From the NCBI RefSeq assembly GCF_006345805.1, contig NC_043006.1, positions 38,750,001 to 38,814,000 of the forward strand: a stretch of 64,000 bases of DNA, given 5' to 3'. How positions within the stretch are numbered: the first letter of the stretch is position 1; each line of letters opens with the position of its first letter. This document shows, one piece after another, positions 12,950 to 25,090 of the stretch. The DNA is from Octopus sinensis (lineage: Eukaryota). Both the position numbers and the translations under genes were made by a program. The notes under the pieces are model-generated. The model was not told the DNA's origin, ran no database searches, and saw nothing but the letters and a program-made list of their open reading frames with translations.

Positions 12950-13760
12950 GTTTAACGTCTGTTTTCCATGCTGGCATGGGTTGGATGGTTCGACTGGGGT
13001 CTGGGAAGCCAGGAGGCTACACCAGGACCCAATCTGATCTGGCAGTGTTTCTACAGCTGGATGCCCTTCCTAATGCCAACCACTCCAAGGGCCAGAGGAG
13101 CTGGCATCAACCACGATCAGATGGTGCTTTTTACATGTCACTGGCATGGGAGCCAGTCAAAGCGGTACTGGCATCAGCCATGTTTGGATGGTGCTTTTCT
13201 ACATGCTACTGGCACGGGGGTCACAACTACAATTTCCATTTGATTTGATTTTGATATTGCTGTTGATGTTGATGTACTTGACTCAATAGGTCTTCTCAAG
13301 CATGGCATGTCACCCTACGATCTAAGGTACTTTTGAGTGGGCTGGTTATGCGACACTGGTGTAGGTTACAGCTGTGGACTCACTTTATTTACCAGGTCTT
13401 CTCAGTCACAGCATACCTCAAGAGGTCTCAGCCTTTAGTCATTGCTTCTGTGAGGCCCAACTTTCAAAGGTCATACTTCACCACCTCATCCCATGTCTTC
13501 CTGGGTCTCCCTCTACCCCGAATTCCTTCCACTGTTTGGGAGTGGTACTTCTTCACACAGCCCTCTTTCTCCATCCGCAGTACATGTTGTTGTTTCTTCC
13601 TTCTCGAGCCATGCCTGGCTCATAAGGGCCGGTTTCCCAGTTTCCACACATTGCCCGGTCTGAGATTTGAACCCACAGTACATGACCATACCAACGCAAA
13701 CATCTCTCTTGCATGCCACATATGATGCTTCGTATGTTTAACATTTCTCTGCAAAACATC
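12910..13760 (-). mobile_element. RTE-clade LINE 3' end: ORF2 C-terminus, ~480-nt 3' UTR and (GAT)n tail
   Basis: RCLRWYGHV and RGRPRKTWDEVVK..L..LGLTEAMT motifs; stop TAA at 13391-13389; UTR ends GGAAGGGCATCCAGCTGTAGAAA...CGTTAAACGATGATG. A short SINE-tail-like insert interrupts ORF2 near 13585-13645. Confidence 0.85.
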
Positions 13761-14219
13761 TTAAAGGGATGCAACGGGTCTACATGTGGCAGAAATTGCT
13801 GAAGCTTGAGGTAAAGAAAGGAGCCATGACGTTCGTCAATTTGATATTCTCTCTATAATGGTACACAACCCTGCCAGTGGTTTAAAGGAGAGACTCTCTT
13901 GCATACAAAATAAAGTGCCTGCCAGAGCAGTTGTAATTGTAACAATTAGATTTGGAAGAAAATTAAATATTCCATGTCAGAGAGAAGATTTCTCCTGAAT
14001 CTAACTGACACATTGGATCTCAGAGTCACCATTTTACAAGCTATTTCAAGATGAATGCTCTGTCGGGCTGAGGTTTTGTTTCTGTGCGAAGTCATTAAGG
14101 ACTGAGACATTCCAATTGTCGGTTGGACTTTTAATTAATTGGTGCATTCTGCCACCACCACCACCACTAACTCCAATGACCACAACTAATTCCACCGCTA
14201 GCACATCACTTCCACCAAC

Positions 14220-14597
14220 ATTACTCTACCACTCTCATGAAAACCACCACCACCACTTCAACCATCTCCACGACCACCACCACCATCATCGTCACGACTA
14301 CCACCACTACGACAACCACGACCACCACCACTATTGCTGCTGCCACTCCTCCTCTTACTACTACTACTACTACCACTGCTGCTGCTGTTGCTGCTCCTAC
14401 TACAGCTGCTGCTACAACTACTAGTACTACTACTACCATCACCACTATCTCTGCTACAGCTGCCGCTACTACTACTACTACTACCACCACCACCACTATC
14501 TCTGCTACTGCTACTACTACTACTACCACCACCACTATCTCTGCTACTGCTACTACAACTACTACTACTACCACCACCACTATCACTGCTACTGCTG

Positions 14598-14631
<34 letters not shown>

Positions 14632-14690
14632 CACCACTATCTCTGCTATTGCTGCTGCTGCTGCTACCACTACTACTGTCACCACACCAA
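14220..14690. repeat. Degenerate trinucleotide block with a ~36-42-bp higher-order unit (CTACTACTACCACCACCACTATCTCTG)
   Basis: Repeated ACCACTATCTCTGCTA motif; open in multiple frames. Confidence 0.85.
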
Positions 14691-15279
14691 ATACCTAATA
14701 CTGCAATATTCGTTTTTCTTCCAATGGTCTTGGTTTCATTAATCACATTGACATGTTAATGGAAAGCCTGTGCGTGGGGGTGGGCATGGGGGTGGGCGTG
14801 GGGGTAGTGGTGATGTTTGGTGTTGGTTATGATGTTAATGGTGATACTGATGAAGATGATGATGGTGACATTGATGAGGATGGTGGTAGTGGTGGTGGTT
14901 GGTGATGGTGAATGGTGGCAACGGTGCTGTTTAACCCTGGGTCAGTATTGATAGAACAGAGTTACGATGAAATCCTCATTCCAAACCCAACCATGCCCAT
15001 CTGTTTGAAGACAGGGGGTTGGTCAGAAGTACATTATTAGACATATAATATTCCTCATTTCAAACAGTTTTCATTTGAAGGAAATTTACTTTCTCTTTCT
15101 AGCAGATCAAAAGACCATGCAGAGCGCTACCCTGGTTGTTATTGTTGTTGTTATTACAGCTAGAGGGGTGAGGGTAAGAGGGAAGGAAGTATCGATTACT
15201 GGCAATGGGGGGGTGGGGGGTGGAAGCGATACTGGTTAAAGCATTTGTGTGCCGTTATGGCTATATACCGTGTAATGTC

Positions 15280-16630
15280 TGTGTGAATGGCTTTTGTGCA
15301 TGCATGTGTGTGTGTGTGTATGTATGCACACGCATATGTGTATGTGTGTATGCATATGCATATGTGTGTGTGTTTGTATGTGGATGGTCTTTGTGTTGTA
15401 TATATAATGTATGTATGAACAGGATTTGTGGCGTGTATGTGTGTATGGCATGTTATGATGTGTTGTGCAGTGAGTGTGTGTGTGTGTGTGTTTGTGTATG
15501 TGAGTTAGCCTTGTGTGTGTTCGTACATGGATGGTTTATGTGTTGTTTATGTTATGATGATGATGATGATGGTCATAATCATCATCATCATCATCATCAC
15601 TATCATCACCATCATCATCACCATCACCATCATGTTTGTATTAATGGTATTTCTAGTGTGTAGAGAATGTGTGTGTTTGTGTGTGTGTGTTTGTACATTG
15701 ACAGTCTATGTGTTGTGTATGTACTCATCATCATCAACATTATCATCATCATCGTCATCATCATAATCATAATCATGCTTGTATTAATTGAATTTGTGGT
15801 GTGTGCTTGCATGCGTTTGCCATGTTACAGTGTGTGTATGAGATGCATGTGTCTGTCTTGCATGCGTTGTGCACATAGATGGCCTATGTACAGTATATGT
15901 GACCTGTGCGGTTGCGTATACAAATTCATGGTCTATGTGGTATATGCACATTTATGTTTGCACATTTATGCACTAAGTAGTGCAGATGACAGGCACAGCA
16001 TGCAGTTTGTGTGTGTTTGCTGCACATGTGTATCGTATGTATTGTATATGACATGTGCAGTGTTATGTTTATATTTTCGCATGCATACACACTTGGTCTA
16101 TGTTGCATATGATGCAAATGCAGCGTATTGTGTGCATCTATATGTGCATCAACTAACATGGTGCATGAGGTATTAGCAGTGTGGTGCATGTGTAAATCTA
16201 TGTGTGCATGTGTGTGTGTGATTTTGGAAGGTCTGTGTTATTTGCAACTGCACATAAATGGCTTATGTTGTGCATCTGTTTATGTTGTGCAGCGAGTTGT
16301 TTGTACGTATGTGTGCATTTGCATCTGCACAAAGACAACTGTGTTTTGGTGGCGCATGCAATGTGTGCATTGTGCAATGTGTGAGTATGTGGGTGAAGAA
16401 CGATTATATGTGAGTGTGTGTGTTTGTGTGTGTGTCTGTGTGTTTCTATGCATAATGTGATTAATAAATGGTCCGTATGATTTGTTACCTAAGGGGTAAG
16501 TACACCAATGCATTTGATGCACATGTATGTGGGTGCTTGTGGTGGGAAGATACATACAAGCATACACACACACACGTGTGTGTGTGTGTGTGTCTGTGTG
16601 TGTGTGTCTGTGTGTGTGTGTGTGAGGGTT
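15280..16630. repeat. ~1.3-kb cryptic TG/TATG/TGCA low-complexity tract with (CAT)n inserts
   Basis: Strong T/G strand bias and alternating purine-pyrimidine sequence; Cys/Val/Met-rich pseudo-ORFs. Confidence 0.8.
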
Positions 16631-16728
16631 ATTCATGACAGTTTGGTTAAAATGAACATTAACTATTTGTATTTTTTTTTACCTGTAAGTTTTCTGATAG
16701 CATCAATCTGCCAAGTATTTTATATATG

Positions 16729-16784
<56 letters not shown>

Positions 16785-16810
16785 TATATACATACACACA
16801 CACATAGATA

Positions 16811-16853
<43 letters not shown>

Positions 16854-17256
16854 ACACATCTATATTCATATTTATATCTACATGCAAACATGCATGCACA
16901 TATTTGTATGTATGTATGTATGTGCGTACATAAAAATATATAAATATATATACATATATATATATATAACTATACACAACTATCTATGTGTATATATATA
17001 TATATATATATACATATATAAAATACTTGGCAGATTGATACTATCAGAAAGCTATGTATGTGTGTATATAAAAATATATATATAAATATATATACACACA
17101 CATATATATATATATACATATGTACATACACACATATGTACATATTTTAGGTATATACATATATATATATATACACACACATATGTACATATTTTAGGTA
17201 TATGCATATATATATATACATATATATATATACACACATATAATACACACACACAC

Positions 17257-17292
<36 letters not shown>

Positions 17293-17378
17293 ATATATAT
17301 ATATATTTATACATACACATACACAATTTAAGTATTTGTTTCTCTTAATGTAATAGAGTATCTATGTATATATGTATG

Positions 17379-17445
<67 letters not shown>

Positions 17446-18042
17446 CATCACTGTATTTGAAACAGCTATGTATATATATATATATATATATATACACAGA
17501 TGTATTTATATATGTCTGTATGCAAATGTGTGTGTGTGTATGTATGTGTGCATCTGTGTGTGTGTGTGTGTGTGTATGTGTTTGTATGCATGTGTGTGTG
17601 CATAAGTGATAGCAATTGAATAGTGTCACCTGATTGATTTACCTGTAAGCTGTTACTATAGCAACATTGACATGGGAAAGGAAACGAATAATTATTTACT
17701 ATTTACGGGGTTTGAAAAGTACAGGTATCAAAGTTGGTTGGGATATACATATATATTGATTACACATACGCACACACACACACATGCACACACAAACATA
17801 CAAACATACATATAACCATACATATAAATATATACACACACACAAACATACATATTGCCCCCCCCACCACCACCATCATCATAATCATCACCATGTAAGC
17901 GTTTATATTATTCATAGATGCACACATATGCTTCCCAACCCCCTGGTTTGGGGTTCAGTCCCACTGCTTGGTACCTTGGGTAAGTCCAACAAATGCCGTG
18001 GGGTGGATTTGATAGATGGAAACTAAAAGCAACCCATAATAA

Positions 18043-18077
<35 letters not shown>

Positions 18078-18369
18078 TACATACATACATATAAGCTGTG
18101 TTACCGCACATCTGCTGTTCATGATATTTTACCTTCTCTGGACTTTTCTGTTTTCCTTTCCGACAAAGAGCTATGCTCAAAACATAAAAAGCTCTTTCTT
18201 TTTTCCACTGACACTAAAAGTCAAACTAATACATTCCAAGCGCATGTCATCTTGTTGTTTTGTTTATTGTTATTTTTAATGTTCGATTTTTCGATCTGGC
18301 AATATATATATATCTATATATCTATATCTATCTATCTATCTCTCTCTCTATATATATACATATATACAT

Positions 18370-19170
18370 CATCATCATTGTCATCGTTTAACATCTGCTT
18401 TCCATGCTGGCATAGGTTTGCCGGTTTGACTGAGGACTGGTGAGTCAGAAGGCTACCCCACACTCCAATCTGATCTGGCAGAATTTCTACAGCTGGATGC
18501 TCTTCCTAACACCAACCACTCCAAGAGTCTAGTGGGTGCTTTTATGTGCCACTGGCACGAGGGTCAGTCAGACAGCACAGGCAACGACAACACTCAAAAG
18601 GTGTTTTTTACATGTCACCTGCACAGAAGCCAATCTGGCAGCACTGGCAATGACCACACTTGAATGTTGTTTTCCACATGCCACCAGCACAGGTACCAGT
18701 AAGGTGACACTGGCAATGATCACGCTCGAATGGTGCTTTTTACATTCCACTGGCACGGGTGCCAATCAGGTGGTACTGTTATTAAGGCGGCGAGCTGGCA
18801 GAAACGTTAGCATGTCAGGTGAAATGCTTTGCAGTATTTCGTCTGCCGTTACGTTCTGAGTTCAAATTCCACCAAGGTCAACTTTGCCTTTCATCCTTTC
18901 GGGGTCGATTAAATAAGTACCAGTTATGCACTGGGGTCGATATAATCGACTTAATCCGTTTGTCTGTCCTTGTTTGTCCTCTCTGTGTTTAGCCCCTTGT
19001 GGGTAGTAAAGAAATAGGTACTGTCATTGGCCATGTCAGTGATTTTGATTTCACTTGCCTCAATAGGTTTTCACAAGCAAAGTTTATTGTCCAATGAACG
19101 AAGGGCATTCATGAGTGGGCTTTTATACACCACTGGCATAGGCTAAGGTTTATGGTCTCACTTGGCTTGC
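18370..19170 (-). mobile_element. RTE-type 3' UTR repeat with internal ~62-bp tandem units, interrupted by a Meta-SINE
   Basis: (CAT)n-GTTTAAC...CAGCTGGATG tail; four internal units at 18540-18778; body resumes after 19017. Confidence 0.75.
18783..19017 (+). mobile_element. Well-preserved Meta-type SINE, nested insertion
   Basis: AAGGCGGCGAGCTGGCAGAAACGTTAGC...CCTTTCATCCTTTCGGGGTCGATTAAATAAGTACCAG...AAGAAATAG; GGTACTGT on both sides (18772-79, 19017-24). Confidence 0.88.
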
Positions 19171-19177
19171 CATGTCT

Positions 19178-19215
<38 letters not shown>

Positions 19216-19432
19216 CAGGGTAGCCCAAAAGTAGGTTTACAGTTATTATATAAGGCACTTTAAATTTCTTTTAAAACATTTTATTAAATTTTATTACATT
19301 TAAATTTTACAATTAACTAAATTAGCATAGAATAATGGTTTCATATATATTTATAATTAAGATCTAAACTGTTAATATATGAATGCGAAGGAGATAGTTG
19401 AATAGCTGTAAACGTACTTTTGGGCCACCCTG
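19216..19432. mobile_element. Tc1/mariner-type MITE
   Basis: TIRs CAGGGTAGCCCAAAAGTAGGTTTACAG / CTGTAAACGTACTTTTGGGCCACCCTG with TA on both sides. Confidence 0.85.
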
Positions 19433-20029
19433 TATATTTAATATCATCATCATCATCATTTAACGTCTGTTGTCCATGGGTTGGACGGTTTGACTGGACT
19501 GGCATGCTGGAAGGCTGCACCAGACTCCAGTCTGATTTGGCTTGGTTTTTTACTGCTGGATGCCCTTCTTATCATCAACCACTCCGAGAGTGTAATGGGT
19601 GCTTTTATGTGTCACTGGCATGGGTACCAGTTGTGTGACACTGGTATGTGCTGCAACGGTGATTTTTCTCAAGCACGACATCACGCCAAAGATCACGGTC
19701 ATTGCCTCCATGAAGGCCGACACTTGAAAGGAGCCCAATCACTTTGTCTCCATATATATACAAACACACACACTACATTGTGAGTGTGTGTGTGTGTTTT
19801 TTAGTGTGTATCCTTGTCTAGACACCATTTGACAGTTTTGAATGAGTGTAACTGTCATGCATGTGAAGTTGTTCTTTTCCAATCTTCAGTTTAATTCTGG
19901 GAAATTATCATCTCAGGAAGCAGGTGAAGATGTGTGACAGGAAGAGCATCCAGCTATAGAAAATCTGCCTCAGTGAAATCCATCCGGTCCATGTGAGCAA
20001 GTATAAGTGGACGATAATAATCCTTTTTA

Positions 20030-20700
20030 ATATAGGCACAAAACCTGAAACTTAGGGGGAGGGTTTAAGTCAGTTGGATTGACCCCAGTGTGAAGCTGGT
20101 ACTTAATTTATCGACACCAAAAGGATGAAAGGTAAAGTCGACCTTGGCAGAACTTGAACTCAGAATGTAGCAACAGCAAAAATGCCACTAAGCATTTCGC
20201 CGGAGATGCTAATGATCCTTATTTCTTTATTGCCCACAAGGGGCTACACATAGAGGGAACAAACAAGGACAGACAAAGGGATTAAGTCGATTACATCGAC
20301 CGCAGTGCGTAACAGGTACTTTGTTTATCAACCCCGAAAGGATGAAAGGCAAAGTTGACCTTGGTGGAATTTGAACTCAGAATGTAACGGCAGATGAAAT
20401 ACCTATTTCTATTTCTTTACTACCCACAAGGGGCTAAACACAGAGGGGACAAACAAGGACAGACAAAGGGAATAAGTCAATTATATCGACCCCAGTGCAT
20501 AACTAGTACTTATTTAATCAACCCCGAAAGGATGAAAGGCAAAGTCGACCTCGGCTGAATTTGAACTCAGAATGTAACGGCAGACGAAATACGGCTACAC
20601 ATTTCGCCCGGCGTGCTAATGTTTCTGCCAGCTCACCACAGACAAAATACCTCTAAGTATTTCGCCCAGTGTGCTAAAATTTCTGCCTGCCAGCTTGCTG
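20030..20700 (-). mobile_element. Cluster of three head-to-tail Meta-type SINEs
   Basis: GAAAGGATGAAAGG(C/T)AAAGT(C/T)GAC occurs three times at ~190-210-bp spacing. Confidence 0.8.
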
Positions 20701-22515
20701 CCTTCAAGTGGATGTTAATAATGAGGATCACACACACACACATCTGTGCAGTGTCACATAAAAGCACCTGTGCAGTGCCATGGAAAAGAGCCCGTGAAGC
20801 ATCACGTAAAAGCACCCATGTGGTGCTACATAACAGTACCCAGCACACTCCGTAAAGTGGTTGAGCCATATGAACTATACCAAAGCAGACAGTCAAGTTT
20901 GGCGCAGTCCTCTGGCTTACCAACTCCTGCCATACTCTTCCAACCCATGCCAGCATGGCGATATATGACGATGATGAGATATATTCGTATGTATGACAGA
21001 CAAACATATGTGCATTAGAGAAAAGCACAGCAGTATGGGAGAGCAACTATTTTATCAAGTTAAACCATTCGACGGTGAATTAGAAGTGCTAACCTAGTTC
21101 TCCATTCAGATTGGTCAGGTCAAAATAAACATTGTTCCTTCTTAAAAGAAGAGAGTATGATCTCTTGGAGACCTTTTTTATTGATCTTTATAACCCAGTG
21201 CTTTAAACCATAAGTCTTCTATAATTTTACAGATGAGTTCACATACAGTGTTGATATTATTTTCATATCTTTCCATTGAAAATTTTTTCATCTTTTGTTT
21301 CATTATTTTTACCAAGAATAGGAGATGTTGTGCTGAGTGAGATATCATACTTGAGGAATGTGATGGACAGGAGCTGTGGCGTGGGGAATGGATTGACTAA
21401 TGTTGGGAAAACCAAGTTGGTTAATGATTGATCTGATCTGAATGGTTTAGAATTGTTGTTTTGTTTTTGCAAGTAAAATGTCATTTTTCAGAAACATTCT
21501 AGAACTAACTTAGCACAGCTATAATGTTGCTAACATCTGTGTCACGCACAGGGCCAGATTAAGATCCATAGAGGCCCTAAGCAGTCAAAAGATTTTGGTG
21601 TCTCCATATATAATTCGAAATGTAAACAACAATAAACATTAAAATAAATTTCTATTTTTCAAAATGAAACAAAGCTAAGAGTAAGGGGGAAAATAATGTT
21701 TATTTTTTCTACTTTAATTATATTTGAAAAGTTTCGTTCCACTTTTTTTAATTGCAAAGTCTTTGATCAGAAGCCTGACACTCTGACCAGTGGTATTAGG
21801 GACTAGAGGATAATTTAAGATCCAGAAGACTGAGGTTGAGAAGGTGCATGAAAATGCTATAAGCCATACGTCATAGTGAGCTGGAAAGGAGGGGAACACC
21901 TTAGCCACCCCCTTCTGTATACGCTCTTTCCTTTTCATTACTGATTGTATCTGAGTACAAAGAAGTGTTTGGTAGCAGTTTATATGTACACACTACATTG
22001 GTGTCAAGGAACTGTTACATGCAAATAGAGGGAGAGAGGGAGAGAGAGAGAAAGAGAGTGTGTGTGTGTGTGAGGTGTTGAGGTAGGAAATAAAAGTAGC
22101 TCATTATTTCTCTAAATCACGGTATGCAGGTGTATGTTTGTGTGTGTGCATATGTGTTTGTGTATGTGTGTATGTGAGAGAAATTGTTTGTGGGAGAAGG
22201 AAGGAAAGAATAAGAGAAAAATCGTGTGTATGGATAGAAGGGGTGAGAAAGAAAGTGTGAGGTTATATGTATATGAGAGAGAGAGATAGAGAGAGAAAGA
22301 GAGAGGGGTGAGGGGAGAAATTTTCTGAGAAAGGAAGAAAAAGTAATAGATTCGAATTTGCATGGTGTGTGTGTGACAGAGAGAGAGAGGGAGAGGAAGA
22401 GAGAGAGAGAGAAAGAGAAACAGAATCTAAGAGAAAGTATGGGAGAAAATATGTGTGTGTGTGTGTGTGTGTGCATGCATGCGTGCATGTGTGTGTGCAT
22501 GTGTGTGCATGCGTG

Positions 22516-22605
<90 letters not shown>

Positions 22606-23519
22606 TGTGTATGAGTGATTCATGGAGCAGCAGCAGAATTTCAAAAACTGGTTCTGAAATCTGGTCAAGTCTATTAAAATTTTTCTGAAAATTTTGCATT
22701 TTTGAAACTGGTAAAAAAGAAAAAAAAAAAGAAAACAAACAAACCAGAGATTTTAAAACTAATTGTTTTGTTCCTTAAAAACAAAAAGATACCCCACCAC
22801 TAAAAAAACAAACAAACATATATTTACAAAATAAATAAAAACAATATATAATTAAAAAGAAAATAGTTAAAATTCTAAACATGGAAGAAAATCAGACATA
22901 TTTATATCATGGTGAAACAGAAGACCTATACCATCACCATCACAATCACCAGACCCACCACAACCATTCTCATCTCCACAGGCACACACCCCTGTCTATA
23001 TTCAGCTCACCCTATGTTGCTGCAAACCCCAATGCAGCGCTGTATTGTGTTATGATGTGTTACATTCACATCTTGGGAGATAATTAATGTAACTATATTT
23101 ATCTTATTTATAAAAATTCAAGCTGAAAGACAGTTTTGCCAAAATGTCATTTTATTTTAAAGATTTCCTATAATAAATGAGTTTCCACTTGTCTTGTGCA
23201 TTTTACTTACTCTCTGTTTTTATTTCTAGCTTCGTTTCCTTTTGTTTTTGTTGAAGGATGTTTGTGGCTTGGTTCCAAACTGTCTTTCAGGCAGAATGCT
23301 TTCTGCAGACAGCTCCAGTCACTTGATGTCCAAGTCTGGCATCAACGCACCGCCGTTTCTTACATAGGGTCAAACACATTTGATTTACAGCAGGGAAGGG
23401 TGGAATCGAGATTGTTTGACATTCATGCCTTTCTACAGAGGCCTGATACATATTTTGAATGAAGTGAAACAGCTCCAGCTATAAGTGAAATTTTTGTTCA
23501 CTCTTATGTATAAAGACAC

Positions 23520-23664
23520 AACTTCACATTATTTACATTTGACGGATATTTGTCCTCATATTGTTTGTTGCTAACACAAAATTTCAGCTGATATACCCTC
23601 CAGCCTTCATCAGGTATCTTGGGGAAATTTCGAACCTGGGTTCTCATTCCTAAGGTATTTTTCC

Positions 23665-23695
<31 letters not shown>

Positions 23696-23825
23696 AGTCA
23701 CTACTTGGAATCGAACTCGGAATTTTGGGGTTAGTAGCTCATGCTCTTAAGCACTACGCCATATGCCCATGGGCATATGGCATAGTGGTCAAATGTAAAT
23801 AATTCATCTCTTAAATATAGAACTG
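23520..23825 (-). mobile_element. tRNA-headed, (AAT)n-linked element with hammerhead-derived arm
   Basis: Minus strand: A box TGGCGTAGTG, B box GAGTTCGATTCC, (AAT)n, then AAGATAC-CTGATGA-AGGCTG...CAGCT-GAAA. A plus-strand fragment of the arm's 3' end lies at 23790-23825. Confidence 0.7.
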
Positions 23826-24689
23826 TAAGACACAACTTGTTAGTAACTATTATAATTGGTTCATTAAAGTACAACTTAGTTTAGTGTGACCTTGTGTGGA
23901 ATATAAAGTATGGGAAATAAAGTCAGTTTGTTGGTAGAATTTGAATTTAGAATTATAAGCCAATTTACTGCTGATAATTTTTCTAAGAAATCAAAAAAAC
24001 AGAAACTGAAGAATTTGGTGTCTTTGCCAGGATGTTCACAGAAATATCTATGTAATTCATACTCTTTAACCAAGTCCACATTTTCATATGTTACATGCAT
24101 GCAATTTATACCACTTTACTAAAAGGGATTGTATATAATTCTTTTTGAATTTAGCACAAGTCCAGCGATACTGTGGGGAGGGGAACTCAATTACATTGAC
24201 CCCCAACGATTAACTGGTACTTATTTTATTGACCCAGAAATTACGAGAGGCAGAATTAACATGAGTGGCATTTGATAAGCTAGAATAAATGCCATGAAGC
24301 AATTTGGTATGACAACGATTCTTCCAGCTTGCCTACATTACAGTTTTTATCTAATAATAATGAATTTAATGTATACAGTGCTCAGGTGCACTACAATATT
24401 TCAGGTGCACTGCATTAGATCAGGTGCACAGAAGATTTTGTTTTTTGTTAGGGAGAGATACTACAGTCTGTTGGTAGATTATGGGTGAAATGAGAATGTA
24501 TTCTAGTTTCAGATCAGAATTAGAACCCTTTAATATTTTTTTTTTGTTCTCTTGTATCTGTACCTTTTTCCAGAAGGTCACAAATATTGCAACATCTCAT
24601 TTCCTGTTTCTTCCATTGAAATTCTGATTTGCTGTGCTTCTTAAATTGAATTCCTCAACAATTACTGCACCAGTCCCTCATCATCATTT

Positions 24690-25090
24690 GCTCATTGCTA
24701 TCATCATCATCGTTATCATCATCGTTAACAGCAGTGGCATCATCATCAACACCACCACCCTCATCATCGTCGTCGTCATCATTTCTATCAAATTCAGCGA
24801 TTATATTGTCTTCCTTGTAACCATTGTCATAGTCACTATCATAAACATCATCGTTATCGTTAGCATCATCATTGTTATCAGACTCCAACTCCTCTATCTA
24901 CTCATCATCATCACCATCATCATCATCATCACTGTCATCATCATCACTATCCTCATCCCCTTCACCATCATCACCATTATCTTCATCGTCACCATCATCG
25001 TCATCATCACTAACATCATCACCATCACTGTCATTATCATCATCACCTTTACCATCGTCACCATCACCATCATCATCATCACAATCACAA
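24690..25090. repeat. Degenerate (CAT)n block
   Basis: Poly-Ile/Ser/Asp/Met pseudo-ORFs in several frames. Confidence 0.85.

Noticed and set aside
23288-23330. In-frame TGA as selenocysteine
   Set aside because: No selenoprotein motif and no identifiable SECIS element.
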